A stretch of 63,798 nt of DNA, the filler included, from Salisapilia sapeloensis CBS 127946 (lineage: Eukaryota > Protista > Oomycota), in assembly GCA_023334545.1 (NCBI GenBank). It is 5 parts of 5 records of this genome, joined end to end, with 100 filler letters (N's around TTAATTAATTAA, not from the genome) between each part and the next. Parts side by side here need not be neighbours in the genome. Positions count along the whole stretch, not along the records: positions 40,465 to 61,029 come from JAADVB010000297.1; positions 61,130 to 62,580 come from JAADVB010001142.1; positions 62,681 to 63,798 come from JAADVB010001302.1; 2 more parts are not named here. The stretch is one strand, 5' to 3'. The position numbers and the translations under genes are program-made. This document shows, piece after piece, positions 53,812 through 63,798 of this stretch; position 1 is the stretch's first letter, and every line of letters starts with the position of its first letter. The notes below the pieces were generated by a model. The model was not told where the DNA came from and searched no databases. It saw only the letters and a program-made list of their open reading frames with translations.

Positions 53812-56172
53812 CTACTTATTCGCCTTTCGTGCATCCTTCTTCGCTTGCTTCCGCTGCTTTTTATTCAGCTGCTCGAGGTACGCGACTTGATCCCCCTTCT
53901 TCATACCTTTCATCGCCAACACGCTCTGGAGATCCGTCGGACCTCCATCCGGCCACATGATCAAGAAACTCTCGACCAGCATGTCGTTGGGCGTACCGAG
54001 GAGCTTCAACACACTCTCGACCTTGCCCATTTCCTTTCCAACGTACTTGCTGTACCTCGCAGGCACGACCGTCTTGTCTTTCGAGCCGAGTTGAGGGAGT
54101 TGGAGCATCATCGTCTTCAGTCCATACACGTCCAAGAGCAGTTGCTGAGTAGCAGCACCGTTCACACGACGGCACTTGAGCACCGCTCGGAGGACGTTCG
54201 GAATGAAGACAGCTGCGAGCTTATCACAAAAGTTCGTCCAGTATAGTGGACTTAGCATCGTCCGAAGCGTAGGTGCAAATGCTCGTAGCTTTTCACCCAC
54301 TTGACTAACGTAGCTACTTTCATCGCCAACGCTTTGTATGTTCGCCCAATTCTTCTTCCCAATCGCACTCACATCGTCATCTAACTTGGTATTCAATCCA
54401 TCAACAAGAGACTTCATGGCGCTAGATGCAGTGTCATAGAAAACATCGACTTCCTCAGACAAGTCCACAGACTCCTTGTAAGCAGCATCAATCTGGTTTT
54501 GAATCGCTTCTTCTAAGGATGGTAGTGTCTCGGCACAGTATTCCGCAGTGTTAATGATGAAACAAAGCTCTTCTTCCTGTTCATTCGCGAGTTTCACACG
54601 TGTGATGCCACTTGGATCCGACGTACTGGCTGGAAGTTTCTTTATTAGTCGAGATGCATAATCCTTAAAGCAAGTACGGAACTCCAGATGCAAGTCGTAG
54701 AACGTCTGACCATTCGCCAACGCCGTGCATCGACGTATCGAGTTACGAACGTACGCGAACATCGAGACGGAGCTTGCGAGCACCGGCAACGCTCCATTTC
54801 GATCCACCACTTCAGACAGCATGGCCTCATCCAACATCTTGGCCATGTTTTTACGTTCTAAATGAACGTATGCACTCATGAACGGATCAAAGCACTTGGA
54901 GACAAAGCCTCGAATGGTCGGTAGCGATGCATCCTCCGCTATCTCTCCTCTCTTCTCCATTTCCTTCTCCACCTGCTCCCGCTCAGCTTCTCGCTGTCGA
55001 CGACGATGACGGCGCTTAATTGCTTCGGCCGAGTGACTATCCAAGAGCTCTCCGTCGTCGTTTAACTCGACTTCTTCCGTCTCATCTGATGTTGGTCCTT
55101 CGAATCGATCAGCACAGTCGCGTTCGAATTGGAGAGTACGCTGCAAAGCACGTAGTAGTAACGTGACATCCATGTCGTCCGCAGCTTCTTGCTGCATTTG
55201 ACTGATCATATGACCGCGTGTGGACTCACAGAAGAAGATGCATAGTCGTCGACGTATTTGCCAGTGTGGAGGAAAGACAGCATCGAGACGGTCTGAGATA
55301 CCGTTGACTAGTTTATAAAACCACGGATAACGATCTTCTGCACCTTTTAGTCCTCTCTTTTCACCTTGATCACCAAACTCTCGTTCGTACGTCTGGAGCT
55401 GATCTTCACAAAAGTCGCGAATGAGCTGATCTCTCGTCGCTCTTCCTAACGCATCCACGACCTGACATGCAGAAGATAAGTTCGTGTAGACGGCATTTCG
55501 TTCCTGTTCTGACGGAAATTCGTCTTCTAGTTTATCCAACGGACCGACAGCTCGAAAGTCTGCAAAGATCTGACCACTCAGCTCTTCTTCCACTGTCTGC
55601 AACGTCCGATGCAGCTCGACAATCTTCGGTACAGTCGTGAATGCATCGAAATGAGAAAATAGCTGATGCGAAGCTTCGAGCAAAGGAGCTGCTTTTTGAT
55701 AACTGCGCTGAGATGCTGCCAGTTCGAGCTCATCAACGGCTTGGACGAGCATTTGGAGCCTCTTTAGAGCCGTGAGCGTCGTCTGTAAATGCCGCTTCGC
55801 TAGATCGAGCTGCTTAATGTCACGGCAGATCTCATGGACCATGACTTCCGACTGCTGCGCTTTGCCACGGATATCGACGATTTTCGTCGCTAGCTGCTGC
55901 GCTGCACTTTTCGCATCACGTAGATCTGTAAGGGCTTGATGAGCAGCTAAACTCTGATCTTGCGATGCCTGTGAAAGAGCTGCATCCAGCTCGCTGCGTC
56001 GCTCCCGCAGTCGTGATACAAAGTGGGAGACGTCCGACAGAGCGGATTCATCCGGGAAATTCCGGTTGATAAAGGCACGAGCGTCGAACCCTGGTCTATC
56101 TAGTGCATCCTCTGAAGGTAGCACGGCTGCTAGTCTGTCCTCGACTTGCGCAGGTAGCGTAAATCCTTCCAT
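53812..56172 (-). CDS. VPS53: Vacuolar protein sorting 53 (GARP/EARP subunit), intronless
   Basis: D.LD.P.FDA..FIN..FP.E.AL; A.QSE.MV.EICRDIKQLD.AKRHL..T.TALKRLQMLV.AV; INTAEYC.ETL; VGDES.YV; A.QQLLLDV..LK; M.K.E..LKLL. Confidence 0.95.
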   Translation of the reverse strand: MEGFTLPAQVEDRLAAVLPSEDALDRPGFDARAFINRNFPDESALSDVSHFVSRLRERRSELDAALSQASQDQSLAAHQALTDLRDAKSAAQQLATKIVDIRGKAQQSEVMVHEICRDIKQLDLAKRHLQTTLTALKRLQMLVQAVDELELAASQRSYQKAAPLLEASHQLFSHFDAFTTVPKIVELHRTLQTVEEELSGQIFADFRAVGPLDKLEDEFPSEQERNAVYTNLSSACQVVDALGRATRDQLIRDFCEDQLQTYEREFGDQGEKRGLKGAEDRYPWFYKLVNGISDRLDAVFPPHWQIRRRLCIFFCESTRGHMISQMQQEAADDMDVTLLLRALQRTLQFERDCADRFEGPTSDETEEVELNDDGELLDSHSAEAIKRRHRRRQREAEREQVEKEMEKRGEIAEDASLPTIRGFVSKCFDPFMSAYVHLERKNMAKMLDEAMLSEVVDRNGALPVLASSVSMFAYVRNSIRRCTALANGQTFYDLHLEFRTCFKDYASRLIKKLPASTSDPSGITRVKLANEQEEELCFIINTAEYCAETLPSLEEAIQNQIDAAYKESVDLSEEVDVFYDTASSAMKSLVDGLNTKLDDDVSAIGKKNWANIQSVGDESSYVSQVGEKLRAFAPTLRTMLSPLYWTNFCDKLAAVFIPNVLRAVLKCRRVNGAATQQLLLDVYGLKTMMLQLPQLGSKDKTVVPARYSKYVGKEMGKVESVLKLLGTPNDMLVESFLIMWPDGGPTDLQSVLAMKGMKKGDQVAYLEQLNKKQRKQAKKDARKANK

Positions 56173-56457
56173 CCTCCGTAGCGTCGTGTCTAAGAAATTG
56201 TCGTATAATTTCTTCTTTTCTTTGGTTTTTGACTGTGAGTTTGTAGGCGTGATCAGCCAACAGAATCCAGGGACACGTTTGGGATCAGTGGCACTGATCA
56301 GAGGTGATTCGACGGATTCCTGCGCATAAGATTTGTACGGAAAAGCGGTATCTGTACACGTTCTATTGTCTTTGAGTCCAGTACCGTAGCGTTCGCTCCA
56401 TTGTTATCTCGGTGCCTGGACGAGTCGCAACGAAACCATTGGCGATCAGTCGAGAGC

Positions 56458-58389
56458 ATGACCGACACACCAAGACGCAAAGGGCCGCCCTCGACGGCTA
56501 GGAATAACCATGCGTACTGGCAAATGCGGCAGCAGCATAAGCAGGGAAACCCCAAGCAGCAGCGGCCGGCGCAACAGCCCAAGCATGCGCTCTCTGCTCA
56601 GATGGGAATCAAGAGTGGCATGACCGTCGAGGTATTCTGACGAGATCATTCGAGTGAAATAAACTATTCATGACAATTATGTACATAGGATTTGAAGCGG
56701 TTAACGCAGCAACGGATGCAGCAATCGGCAGGAGGAACACCAGCTCCATCGACAGCCCCACCTCCAACGCCACCTCCGACGACTCCACCGTCCTACTCTG
56801 CTCCTGCCTACTCATCTCCTGCACCTACTAGCACCTACTCTTCCAGGACGTCCTCGGCGCCCTACCCAAAGCCAGGCATGTCTGTGCAAGAGTTGAAACA
56901 GCTTACGAACATGCGACTCCAGAGCAATCGAACGACGGCTCCACCAGCGACGAAACGATCTACTAGTGCTGGGCGTCCATCGCACGACTTTGAGAGCTTG
57001 TCGATCGATACAAAGCTCCCACGTAATCGATCGCGTAGTTCCCAATCGAATAAACCGTCTGGCGGAACGTACTTGGAAGACGGTGATAGTCAGAGCCTAG
57101 ACGATGACGACGAGTCCGAGTATGGAAGGTCTTCCTTACCACAAGATCTAGATGCGTACGCTCGTTCCAATCTTTTGTTCGATAACTACGCTTCGTCCGA
57201 CTTCCAAGTACCTCCACCACCTCCGCCCATCAACACGTCCGGAGCTTCGAACAATCTTCCGTCCTGGAGTCCGCCTGCGCAACGCTCGAAGAAGATCGAA
57301 GCGGCGAATGTCCCACCTGCTTCCTTCTACAGTCAGCCGTGGGATGAAGGCCTATCGACGACGCCACAGGACCTCAATATGGTCACCCCGCCAGGACTGC
57401 CTCGACGTCCGTCCATGACTGTGCCGTGGCAAGTGGCAGAATCCGTTTTGCTGACTCCTCAAGCACATCGAAAGACAGCGAGGGAGAGTGAGGAAGGAGA
57501 TTTGAAACCTTCTGCCGCCGAAGTCGCAGCTGAGCTTAACAGCATGTCGTTAGTCGGCTCTGGACGAGGCTCTCCGTTGTCAGCTAGTCCTGGAGCGAGC
57601 ATGAGGCGCAGTAGCTTGGGCAATGCCGCCGAGTTCTTCAAATTCCGAAGACGCAGCAAGAGTCGGCTGTCGCTCGCGAGAGACGCGCCGACGGTTGAAG
57701 CAGACAACGATGGTGTCATGCCTGGTATCGATGAACGGCATCTACCGGAGCCTGCAGGAGTAAACCCCCGACTGTCCTTTGATAGTTCATCCGATGAAGA
57801 CATTGGCGCTAGCACGCTTGGAGACGACGAAGATGTGGTGCAGATTACAGGCGGGTATGACGATGAAGTGGACTTTAACGGAAGCTTTGCGTCGTTTTAC
57901 CAAGCGACGAACAACTTTCCTATCCCTCCACCTCCTCCAAGTGAAGACGAGGATACCTCGTCGTTGCCGAGGATGAGTCCCAGTAGTGCTCGACTGCGCA
58001 AGGCAGCCGAGTTGGCTCGTCGACGCAGTTTGAGTGAAGACAAGGTCCCTCCTCCTCGACTAGGCACGTCCAAGAGCTCTGGCGTCGCGGTGGAACTTAG
58101 TGAACGACCTCCGTCCGGTCTGAATAAGACGCCAAGGAGCGCAGGGAAGACAATGAGTCCTCGAGCTGGCATCGTCCGACAGAGTTCGTTGCGTGACCGG
58201 ATGGGCCGCTCGCTCTCGGTGGAAGACGCCGTGCCTCCAGTGTCGAAAGAAAAAGAGTTGTTGGAGAAACGAATGGCTGCGTTAGTGGAGCAAGTGGCTG
58301 AGTGTGCGGAGAACCAGGATATGCAAGGGTACGAGCGCGCGATGGATGAGTTGGATACGTTGCGTGATGAGCATAAGAACAGCGTGTAA
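56458..58389 (+). CDS. Hypothetical Pro/Ser-rich protein with a duplicated short helical motif and a C-terminal UVR-like coiled coil, 2 exons
   Basis: Intron 56632-56688 joins GMTVE|DLKRLTQQR; second copy GMSVQELKQLTNMR; C-terminus LEKRMAALVEQVAECAENQDMQGYERAMDELDTLR. Confidence 0.75.
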
Positions 58390-58500
58390 GGCACCTCCTT
58401 TTTCCCGTGAGAGGATGCCAAGGTGACGTTTGACGCGTAACGAATGAAAAACAAAGACAGGCTTTGAGCGTAGACGAATGACATGTACTTGTAGACAGGG

Positions 58501-59250
58501 TTAAAACAGTTTTCCTCGCCGACGACGATAGGACCGCCAGGCGTTTAAATGAGGCGTAGCGCCAGTGACGTCTACGGGAATGGAGGTCGTTGTTGGGGTA
58601 TCGTTGTCCTGACCTCCGCCGTTCGGCATGGAGCATCCGTCAAAGTCAGACGTACTGAGTTTGAATTTAGACGTCATGCCTGTATTCGACTTGATCTTGA
58701 CCTTGAGATCCTCTATATTGAGATTCTCAGCGGAGACTTGGTAGAACGATGTAACTCCGATGACATTGGCTTCTTTTCCATCGATCTCCATCTCTTGAAT
58801 GCCGTCCCTGGAGTTGGCGACTTGTAGTGCCATCCATTGCGGATTGCTTCCTTCTTTTTGACAAAACTTTTCCTGCTCCTCTGGGCATGGACTGTACTGC
58901 CAAGAAATGTCCTCGATGCGAGGATGGCCACCGATGACCGTATCCCACAAGGCAGTGTTCAAATCCAAGTTGTTTTCGCCACATTCGTGGCAAATGTCCG
59001 CGACAAATGTCTGGACTGTACCGGACGGACCGGAGAGCGTGAGGCAGCGACTACATGCTGCTGAAGAATCGTATTGATCGCCATTCATGGCGACAAAGAG
59101 GCGAGGGTCGAGACCCATTGGGGCCATGCGGACGCTACAACTTCCACCGATAGCGTCGTCTAGGCCGTACGTAGTGGCTCGCCCATGGAATTTATCCGAT
59201 GCGTGACTGATGCCAATCCATAGAGCGTAAACAAGAATGAATGAGCGCAT
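58501..59250 (-). CDS. Secreted expansin-like protein (DPBB plus CBM63-like domain)
   Basis: Signal peptide; GRATTYG....GGSCS; VAMN..QY.SS.ACSRC....GP.G.V...V.D.C.EC...NLDL; I.ISWQY..C; KEGSNP.W.A.QV.N.R..I..MEI. Confidence 0.88.
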   Translation of the reverse strand: MRSFILVYALWIGISHASDKFHGRATTYGLDDAIGGSCSVRMAPMGLDPRLFVAMNGDQYDSSAACSRCLTLSGPSGTVQTFVADICHECGENNLDLNTALWDTVIGGHPRIEDISWQYSPCPEEQEKFCQKEGSNPQWMALQVANSRDGIQEMEIDGKEANVIGVTSFYQVSAENLNIEDLKVKIKSNTGMTSKFKLSTSDFDGCSMPNGGGQDNDTPTTTSIPVDVTGATPHLNAWRSYRRRRGKLF

Positions 59251-60417
59251 GTTTGTCTACTATCAGAAAGAGCGTGATTTGCACTTCGTTGGCAAGACCA
59301 GCAACGACGACTGCTTCTTAAGAAATTGTACCGACCAGGCCAAATGCTTTCGTGGATCCAAGAAGCTTGGTCGAGTCAAGTGTATACGATCAGGGTGGCA
59401 CTTGTAGTCAGTCCAGGGGCTTTAGGTGATCTGGCGCTATGTGTCTGCTTTTGGTTGTCAGTGCCATACGAAATCCTAGTTTAACAGTGGGCTGACGTGG
59501 CCAGAATGAACTCTAAAGGCAGACAGGAGATGGATGAGCTAAGTGACGTATTCGCTTGGCACTGCGCCCGTTCCATGCCAGACAAATCATGGACATGACC
59601 ATGCGATATCTACGTGTTTGACAGTCGAATTCGAGCTACGTCGATTACAGCTAAACTGTCAAACACTTCAAGCAATGCAAGGGTTTCAAGGTAGACATGA
59701 AGATCCAGATACTCTGATACGTGCAGGTAACTAATAGCTTCGTATCAAAACAAGTACACACAAAAGTTTACTATGAAAGTTTGAAAGAATCAACTTGGAC
59801 GACAAGATTTTCCGATCTTGAAAATTTAAGTGTGTGATATATCTGTGCTCTCGCCATGTCTCGCCTAGGTTTAAAGACTAAGACGTAAGGAAGAGAGCTC
59901 TTATCTCGGTATAAATAACACCCCGCGACCGCCCTTGTCCGAATAATTCTCGAAGCTTACGTGGCTCGTCAAGATCCTGTATGCCTCATGACGTTCTCGA
60001 AGCGTGGTGGCGAAACCCAATCACTTGATGTGAGCTAACGTCGTCATCCACCACGAAACCCGTCTCGGTCCAGACGAAAAAGCATTTGGCCAGGTATGAA
60101 TATCAAATGCTTGTTTTTCGCATCGGCAATGTGGCCAATTTAAAGGGCCGGCCACTTGAAGGGCGTTTCACTTGCGCTCACTATGACCCGTCACGCGCAA
60201 ACTGCCTCTTCGCTCTCGATAGCTCATTTCCAGATTTGATCAACACTCCACAAGCTAGCCACTTCCTCCGAGCTCTTTGTATCTCTTGCCACGACGCAGT
60301 GTAGCCTTGTCCGCTTTTAACGCGAGATACCACGGCGATACTGCCTACTTCATTATACGTTTGTGTACGTCTTAAAAACTTTGCACCCCAACGCTCGCGT
60401 GTGCGACTGGATCATCC

Positions 60418-61029
60418 ATGGGACTTTCCAAGTGGAAGTTTGGACGAAACAAAGGTCCTACCGCCATCGCTGCTTTCCCACTCGCTGCCGCAGACTGCTC
60501 GCAGCTAATTCCGCGTTTGAGCGCCGTCAAAGGATACGTCAACTCGACGCTCGAGGTCTCGTCCAAGCTACAACAGGCGGTCGTCTCCAACTTTAGCTCG
60601 CCCAGTCTACCCTCCATGCAAGTATACGCCCAGCAGCCTCCAGTCTCGGTCTCTGAAGTAAGCTTCTTTGACCTACCAAGGCAGAAAAGTGCGAATAATG
60701 GACCCGAGGTGGACCAAGCGTGGGCTTCCTATCGTTCGCAAGCATCTCAAGACCTGTCCGATGCCACATTGACAAGCAAAGCGTCGATCGTTTTTGAGAA
60801 ACAGATTCACGAACTCGTTGGTACGAAAGACATTCACTTTGAGATGACGTCGGACGGGTGTGGCGGTGCCTACTTTATTCGCAATGGGCAAAAGGAAGTC
60901 ATCGGCATTTTCAAGCCTCGTGACGAAGAGTACATGGCGCCGAACAACCCGCGCGGATACGCTGTCGAGAATGCTGTGGTGGGCGTATCCGACCACCCGA
61001 CGAACCCTGGCTTCCGTGTCGGGAACGGA
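60418..61029 (+). CDS. Type II phosphatidylinositol 4-kinase (PI4K-gamma-like), 3' part lost in the gap
   Basis: SDGCGGAYF.....IGIFKPRDEE..APNNPRG..PGFRVG.G is the N-lobe signature of type II PI4K. The ORF runs into the linker. Confidence 0.8.
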
Positions 61030-61129
61030 NNNNNNNNNNNNNNNNNNNNNNNNNNNNNNNNNNNNNNNNNNNNTTAATTAATTAANNNNNNNNNNNNNNN
61101 NNNNNNNNNNNNNNNNNNNNNNNNNNNNN
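61030..61129. other. Artificial contig linker
   Basis: 44 N + TTAATTAATTAA + 44 N. Confidence 0.97.
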
Positions 61130-61134
61130 TGTGG

Positions 61135-61812
61135 ATGCAGCTGGACAATGGGATGCAAGTCGCGTTCTCGCCCACGGTTACCATGCCGTCGTTCTCGAGC
61201 GGCAGCAGCCCAAGTTTCTGGTCTTCGATGCAGGGAGGTTTCAACCAGTTTCTGCATGACCTTTTCCAGCGGTCGCAGGACGAGAGCCATGGTCCTCCGC
61301 CCACGAGCAAGGAGTTTCTCAGCCATTTGCCAGTGAAGACCTGGAGCACGCAAAGTGCCAAGATGGAGGCGCACTCGGACTGTGCGATCTGCCTGAGCGA
61401 CTATGAAGACAACGACGTCGTGCTGTCTTTACCGTGCGGCCACCAGTTCCACAAGGACTGTGGTCTGCCGTGGCTCCAGGAGCACAATGTGTGTCCGACG
61501 TGCCGACACAAGCTTCCGACGCAGGAGTCTTCGGCACCGCCAGAGCAGGAACCAGAGCAGGAACCAGCCACTGTGGCAGAACCGCAAAGCGAACAGACCG
61601 TGGGCGTCCGACGACCACTGTCGCCTCGGACTCGACAGAACGAAGAGCAGGACAGGAACGTCCGACAGCGAACAGCTTCCTTCTCCATGACCGAAGAAGA
61701 GATGGAGAGCATGATGGACGAAGAGGCCGACAAGCTTTTGGAGGCCTATGGGAACGAAAGAGATGACGACATCGACGATGCAGACGTCGAAGAGCTATTG
61801 CATGACCTGTAG
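61135..61812 (+). CDS. RING-H2 E3 ubiquitin ligase (RNF126/115-like C-terminal half), probably 5'-truncated by the gap
   Basis: GPPPTSKEFLSHLP, then CAICLSDY....LPCGHQFHKDC..PWL..HNVCPTCR (C3H2C3). Confidence 0.88.
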   Translation: MQLDNGMQVAFSPTVTMPSFSSGSSPSFWSSMQGGFNQFLHDLFQRSQDESHGPPPTSKEFLSHLPVKTWSTQSAKMEAHSDCAICLSDYEDNDVVLSLPCGHQFHKDCGLPWLQEHNVCPTCRHKLPTQESSAPPEQEPEQEPATVAEPQSEQTVGVRRPLSPRTRQNEEQDRNVRQRTASFSMTEEEMESMMDEEADKLLEAYGNERDDDIDDADVEELLHDL

Positions 61813-62015
61813 ATATCGGAAGACTGTACGAAGAATAAATATGTATTTACTATTCCCAGAGCGTTTTCTCGTGTCGGAAGTAGACTCTGCTCGAGCGTCT
61901 TGGATGAAAGGAAACACGATAAGGCTTTAGAATCGAAAGAGCGAGCGGCCATTTATATTGCGAACTTAACACTACGCATTGTTTCCTTTGTTCTCTTGGT
62001 CATGTGGAAAGCAAG

Positions 62016-62261
62016 TTACCATCCGAAGCCGTACGGGCCGAAGCCGCCGTAGCCGTAGCCAGGGTATCCAAAGCCATAGTACGGGCCCCGTCCGTAGTAG
62101 CCAAAGAACTCCTTATCGTTCGCACCCTCTTTCGGCATCGCGTTGGCTTGAGCATTCTCCTGCGGCATGGCGTTCTTCATTCCACCTTCATCAGCCGAGA
62201 CAGGCATGGCAGTGTAGGTAGCAGCAACGACGGCGAAAACGATAGTGGCAGAAGTCTTCAT
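62016..62261 (-). CDS. Small secreted Gly/Tyr-rich peptide precursor (81 aa)
   Basis: Signal peptide MKTSATIVFAVVAATYTAMPVSA; polar spacer with two NAMP(Q/K)E units; tail KEFFGYYGRGPYYGFGYPGYGYGGFGPYGFGW. Confidence 0.82.
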   Translation of the reverse strand: MKTSATIVFAVVAATYTAMPVSADEGGMKNAMPQENAQANAMPKEGANDKEFFGYYGRGPYYGFGYPGYGYGGFGPYGFGW

Positions 62262-62317
62262 GCTTGTTGGGGCTGGGAGGATAGTTGGGTTGGAGTCCGC
62301 TTGAGCAGTCGATGGCA

Positions 62318-62332
62318 CAAAGCACAATGAGC
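62318..62332 (-). promoter_or_regulatory. Putative oomycete initiator/flanking promoter (Inr-FPR-like) element
   Basis: Minus-strand GCTCATTGTGCTTTG about 60-70 nt upstream of the ATG at 62261. Resembles the GCTCATTY.....WTTY oomycete core promoter; imperfect match. Confidence 0.4.
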
Positions 62333-62580
62333 TTTTGCTGGAGCTGGCTGCGGATAGTCTGGAAGTGTCAAGAAAAGGGATGAAGATCGATCAGTCCGAG
62401 AACTCGGCGATGGAAGGATACTGATGACAAACGACTGCAAGCATGACTACATCCATCAGCGTCCACTGGGATCATTCCCAATGCTTCATCTATTCATTCG
62501 TCTGGCTTAAGGATCTACGGATGCATGGCGAAGTGGTATGAGTCTCAAGCCGAGTGCAGTACTCTCACTCGAGCACTCAA

Positions 62581-62680
62581 NNNNNNNNNNNNNNNNNNNN
62601 NNNNNNNNNNNNNNNNNNNNNNNNTTAATTAATTAANNNNNNNNNNNNNNNNNNNNNNNNNNNNNNNNNNNNNNNNNNNN
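62581..62680. other. Artificial contig linker
   Basis: 44 N + TTAATTAATTAA + 44 N. Confidence 0.97.
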
Positions 62681-63798
62681 AAGGAGAGCACTGGAAATAA
62701 AAATGTATTTTAGAGAATTGGTATCCGAAACACGAAATATAATCTCGTTCCGTAATTATAATGCTATATGTAAAGAACGGTGACTTTATATGTGTTTGAA
62801 CAGAGTCTTGTTACGATAAAGCAGCTGCATCGTTATATCATAGTAGACGCTATTACATGCAACAGAGAAAAGATACCAATTTCAGAAAGATACAATTGAA
62901 TGACTGCATGATAGTCAAGCCTGATCTGATCTGATGGTACAAACTTCAACTTCTTAGCGAGCAGAAGATAGCACGCCAGTAACATTTATTCTTCACAATA
63001 GTTGTACAATATTTAGTTGTATATGGCTAGCACAGTGAGGAAGAATAGAATTACAAAAATATATTTACTTCTGAGTTGGTTGACCCAAAACGAGTCATTT
63101 TCAAAGCTTATCCTTTCCAACCACTTCATCTACACGCTCAAGGGTGGCACGGTATCACAAAGATCTGAGATAGTTACCCAATACCCCCATAAACGTTTCT
63201 GGGTTGGAGATTTGCTTGGTGTGGTATTAGTTGGTATCTAAATAGTTTTGCTAAGCGCAAGATGAAGTCTAATCCAATCTAGCTACACGGAAGATGTTTA
63301 AGGGGAAAGGATGCAAATGTAACTTTAAATTGAAATGCTTTTAACTCTGACTCTAAACTCTATTCACTATACAGTGAGCATATAGTACTTGAATTCAACC
63401 ACAACGAGACTTTGTATCACGTAACATATTTACTTTCTATCTCTTCTCGTCAATGTTCTTGTCCATAAGCTTGAACCTTTCACATGTAGGCTTCACTAGT
63501 CATCCCGTCTTCTTCAGGCTCACCATCAAAATGGAAGTTAGTGCTTGATTGACTGACGGAGCTAGGTGGAGAGCTTTCAGCGTTCTGATAGAATAATGGC
63601 GCATGGCGCACACAAACGTTGCGACGCGTCCGACATCGGCTTCAGGTCCGTTTCTTTCTGTTTTGGGCTTTAACGCCCACCAATAAGTATACCGATATCA
63701 GTCGCTCATAGCTTTCAATGTCAGCGCTAGCTCGCAGCGGGTTCGTCTTGATCTGGAAGCTTGTCAGTGCAATGCAAAAATGACTACTCGTATCATAT

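Noticed and set aside
60003-60055. Inverted repeat CGTGGTGG/CCACCACG with nearby GAAAC, suggesting a hammerhead ribozyme
   Set aside because: No CTGATGA core in the required position; only an 8-bp stem.
60418-61812. Apparent PI4K-RING fusion across the gap
   Set aside because: The two ORFs are on different contigs separated by the artificial linker; no evidence they are one gene.
58501-62261. RxLR or LFLAK effector motifs in the secreted proteins
   Set aside because: Neither the expansin-like protein nor the Gly/Tyr peptide has RxLR-dEER or LFLAK after the signal peptide.
62681-63798. AT-rich terminal segment with short ORFs
   Set aside because: No convincing coding, RNA or repeat signature could be supported.

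Overview
Compact, intron-containing eukaryotic genomic DNA, most likely from an oomycete. Support for this: the ubiquitin sequence is of the Phytophthora type, there are oomycete-style protein families (HA-repeat protein, SWEET, expansin-like, clan-86 P450), introns are short (mostly 56-85 nt), and intergenic spacers are tiny. Taxonomy is an inference. The window is a concatenation of at least five contigs joined by an artificial 100-bp linker (44 N + TTAATTAATTAA + 44 N) at 20437, 40365, 61030 and 62581, so adjacency across linkers is unproven. It holds about 30 protein-coding genes: glucosidase II beta, a NAK-type kinase, a TPR co-chaperone, a KIX/MED15-like protein, CYP450, fused PabAB, FKBP, CEP70, DnaJ, a CNBD K+ channel, centrin, SWEET, an ARIP4/ATRX-like SNF2, POC5, polyubiquitin, EIPR1, VPS53, an expansin-like protein, PI4K-II, a RING-H2 protein and several orphans. 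It also holds four tRNA genes or fragments. The most striking observation is at positions 1-138. A tRNA-Ala(AGC) gene is fused with zero spacer to a tRNA-His(GTG) gene, and the single intervening G sits exactly at the His G-1 identity position. This suggests a dicistronic pre-tRNA in which 3' processing of tRNA-Ala could itself create the G-1 5' end of tRNA-His. Other leads are: EIPR1 tail-to-tail with its partner VPS53; a six-repeat HA protein with a mitochondrial-type presequence; a stand-alone dynein-MTBD-like/WW/IQ protein; and a small secreted Gly/Tyr-rich peptide precursor. All product calls are by motif recognition, not database search.
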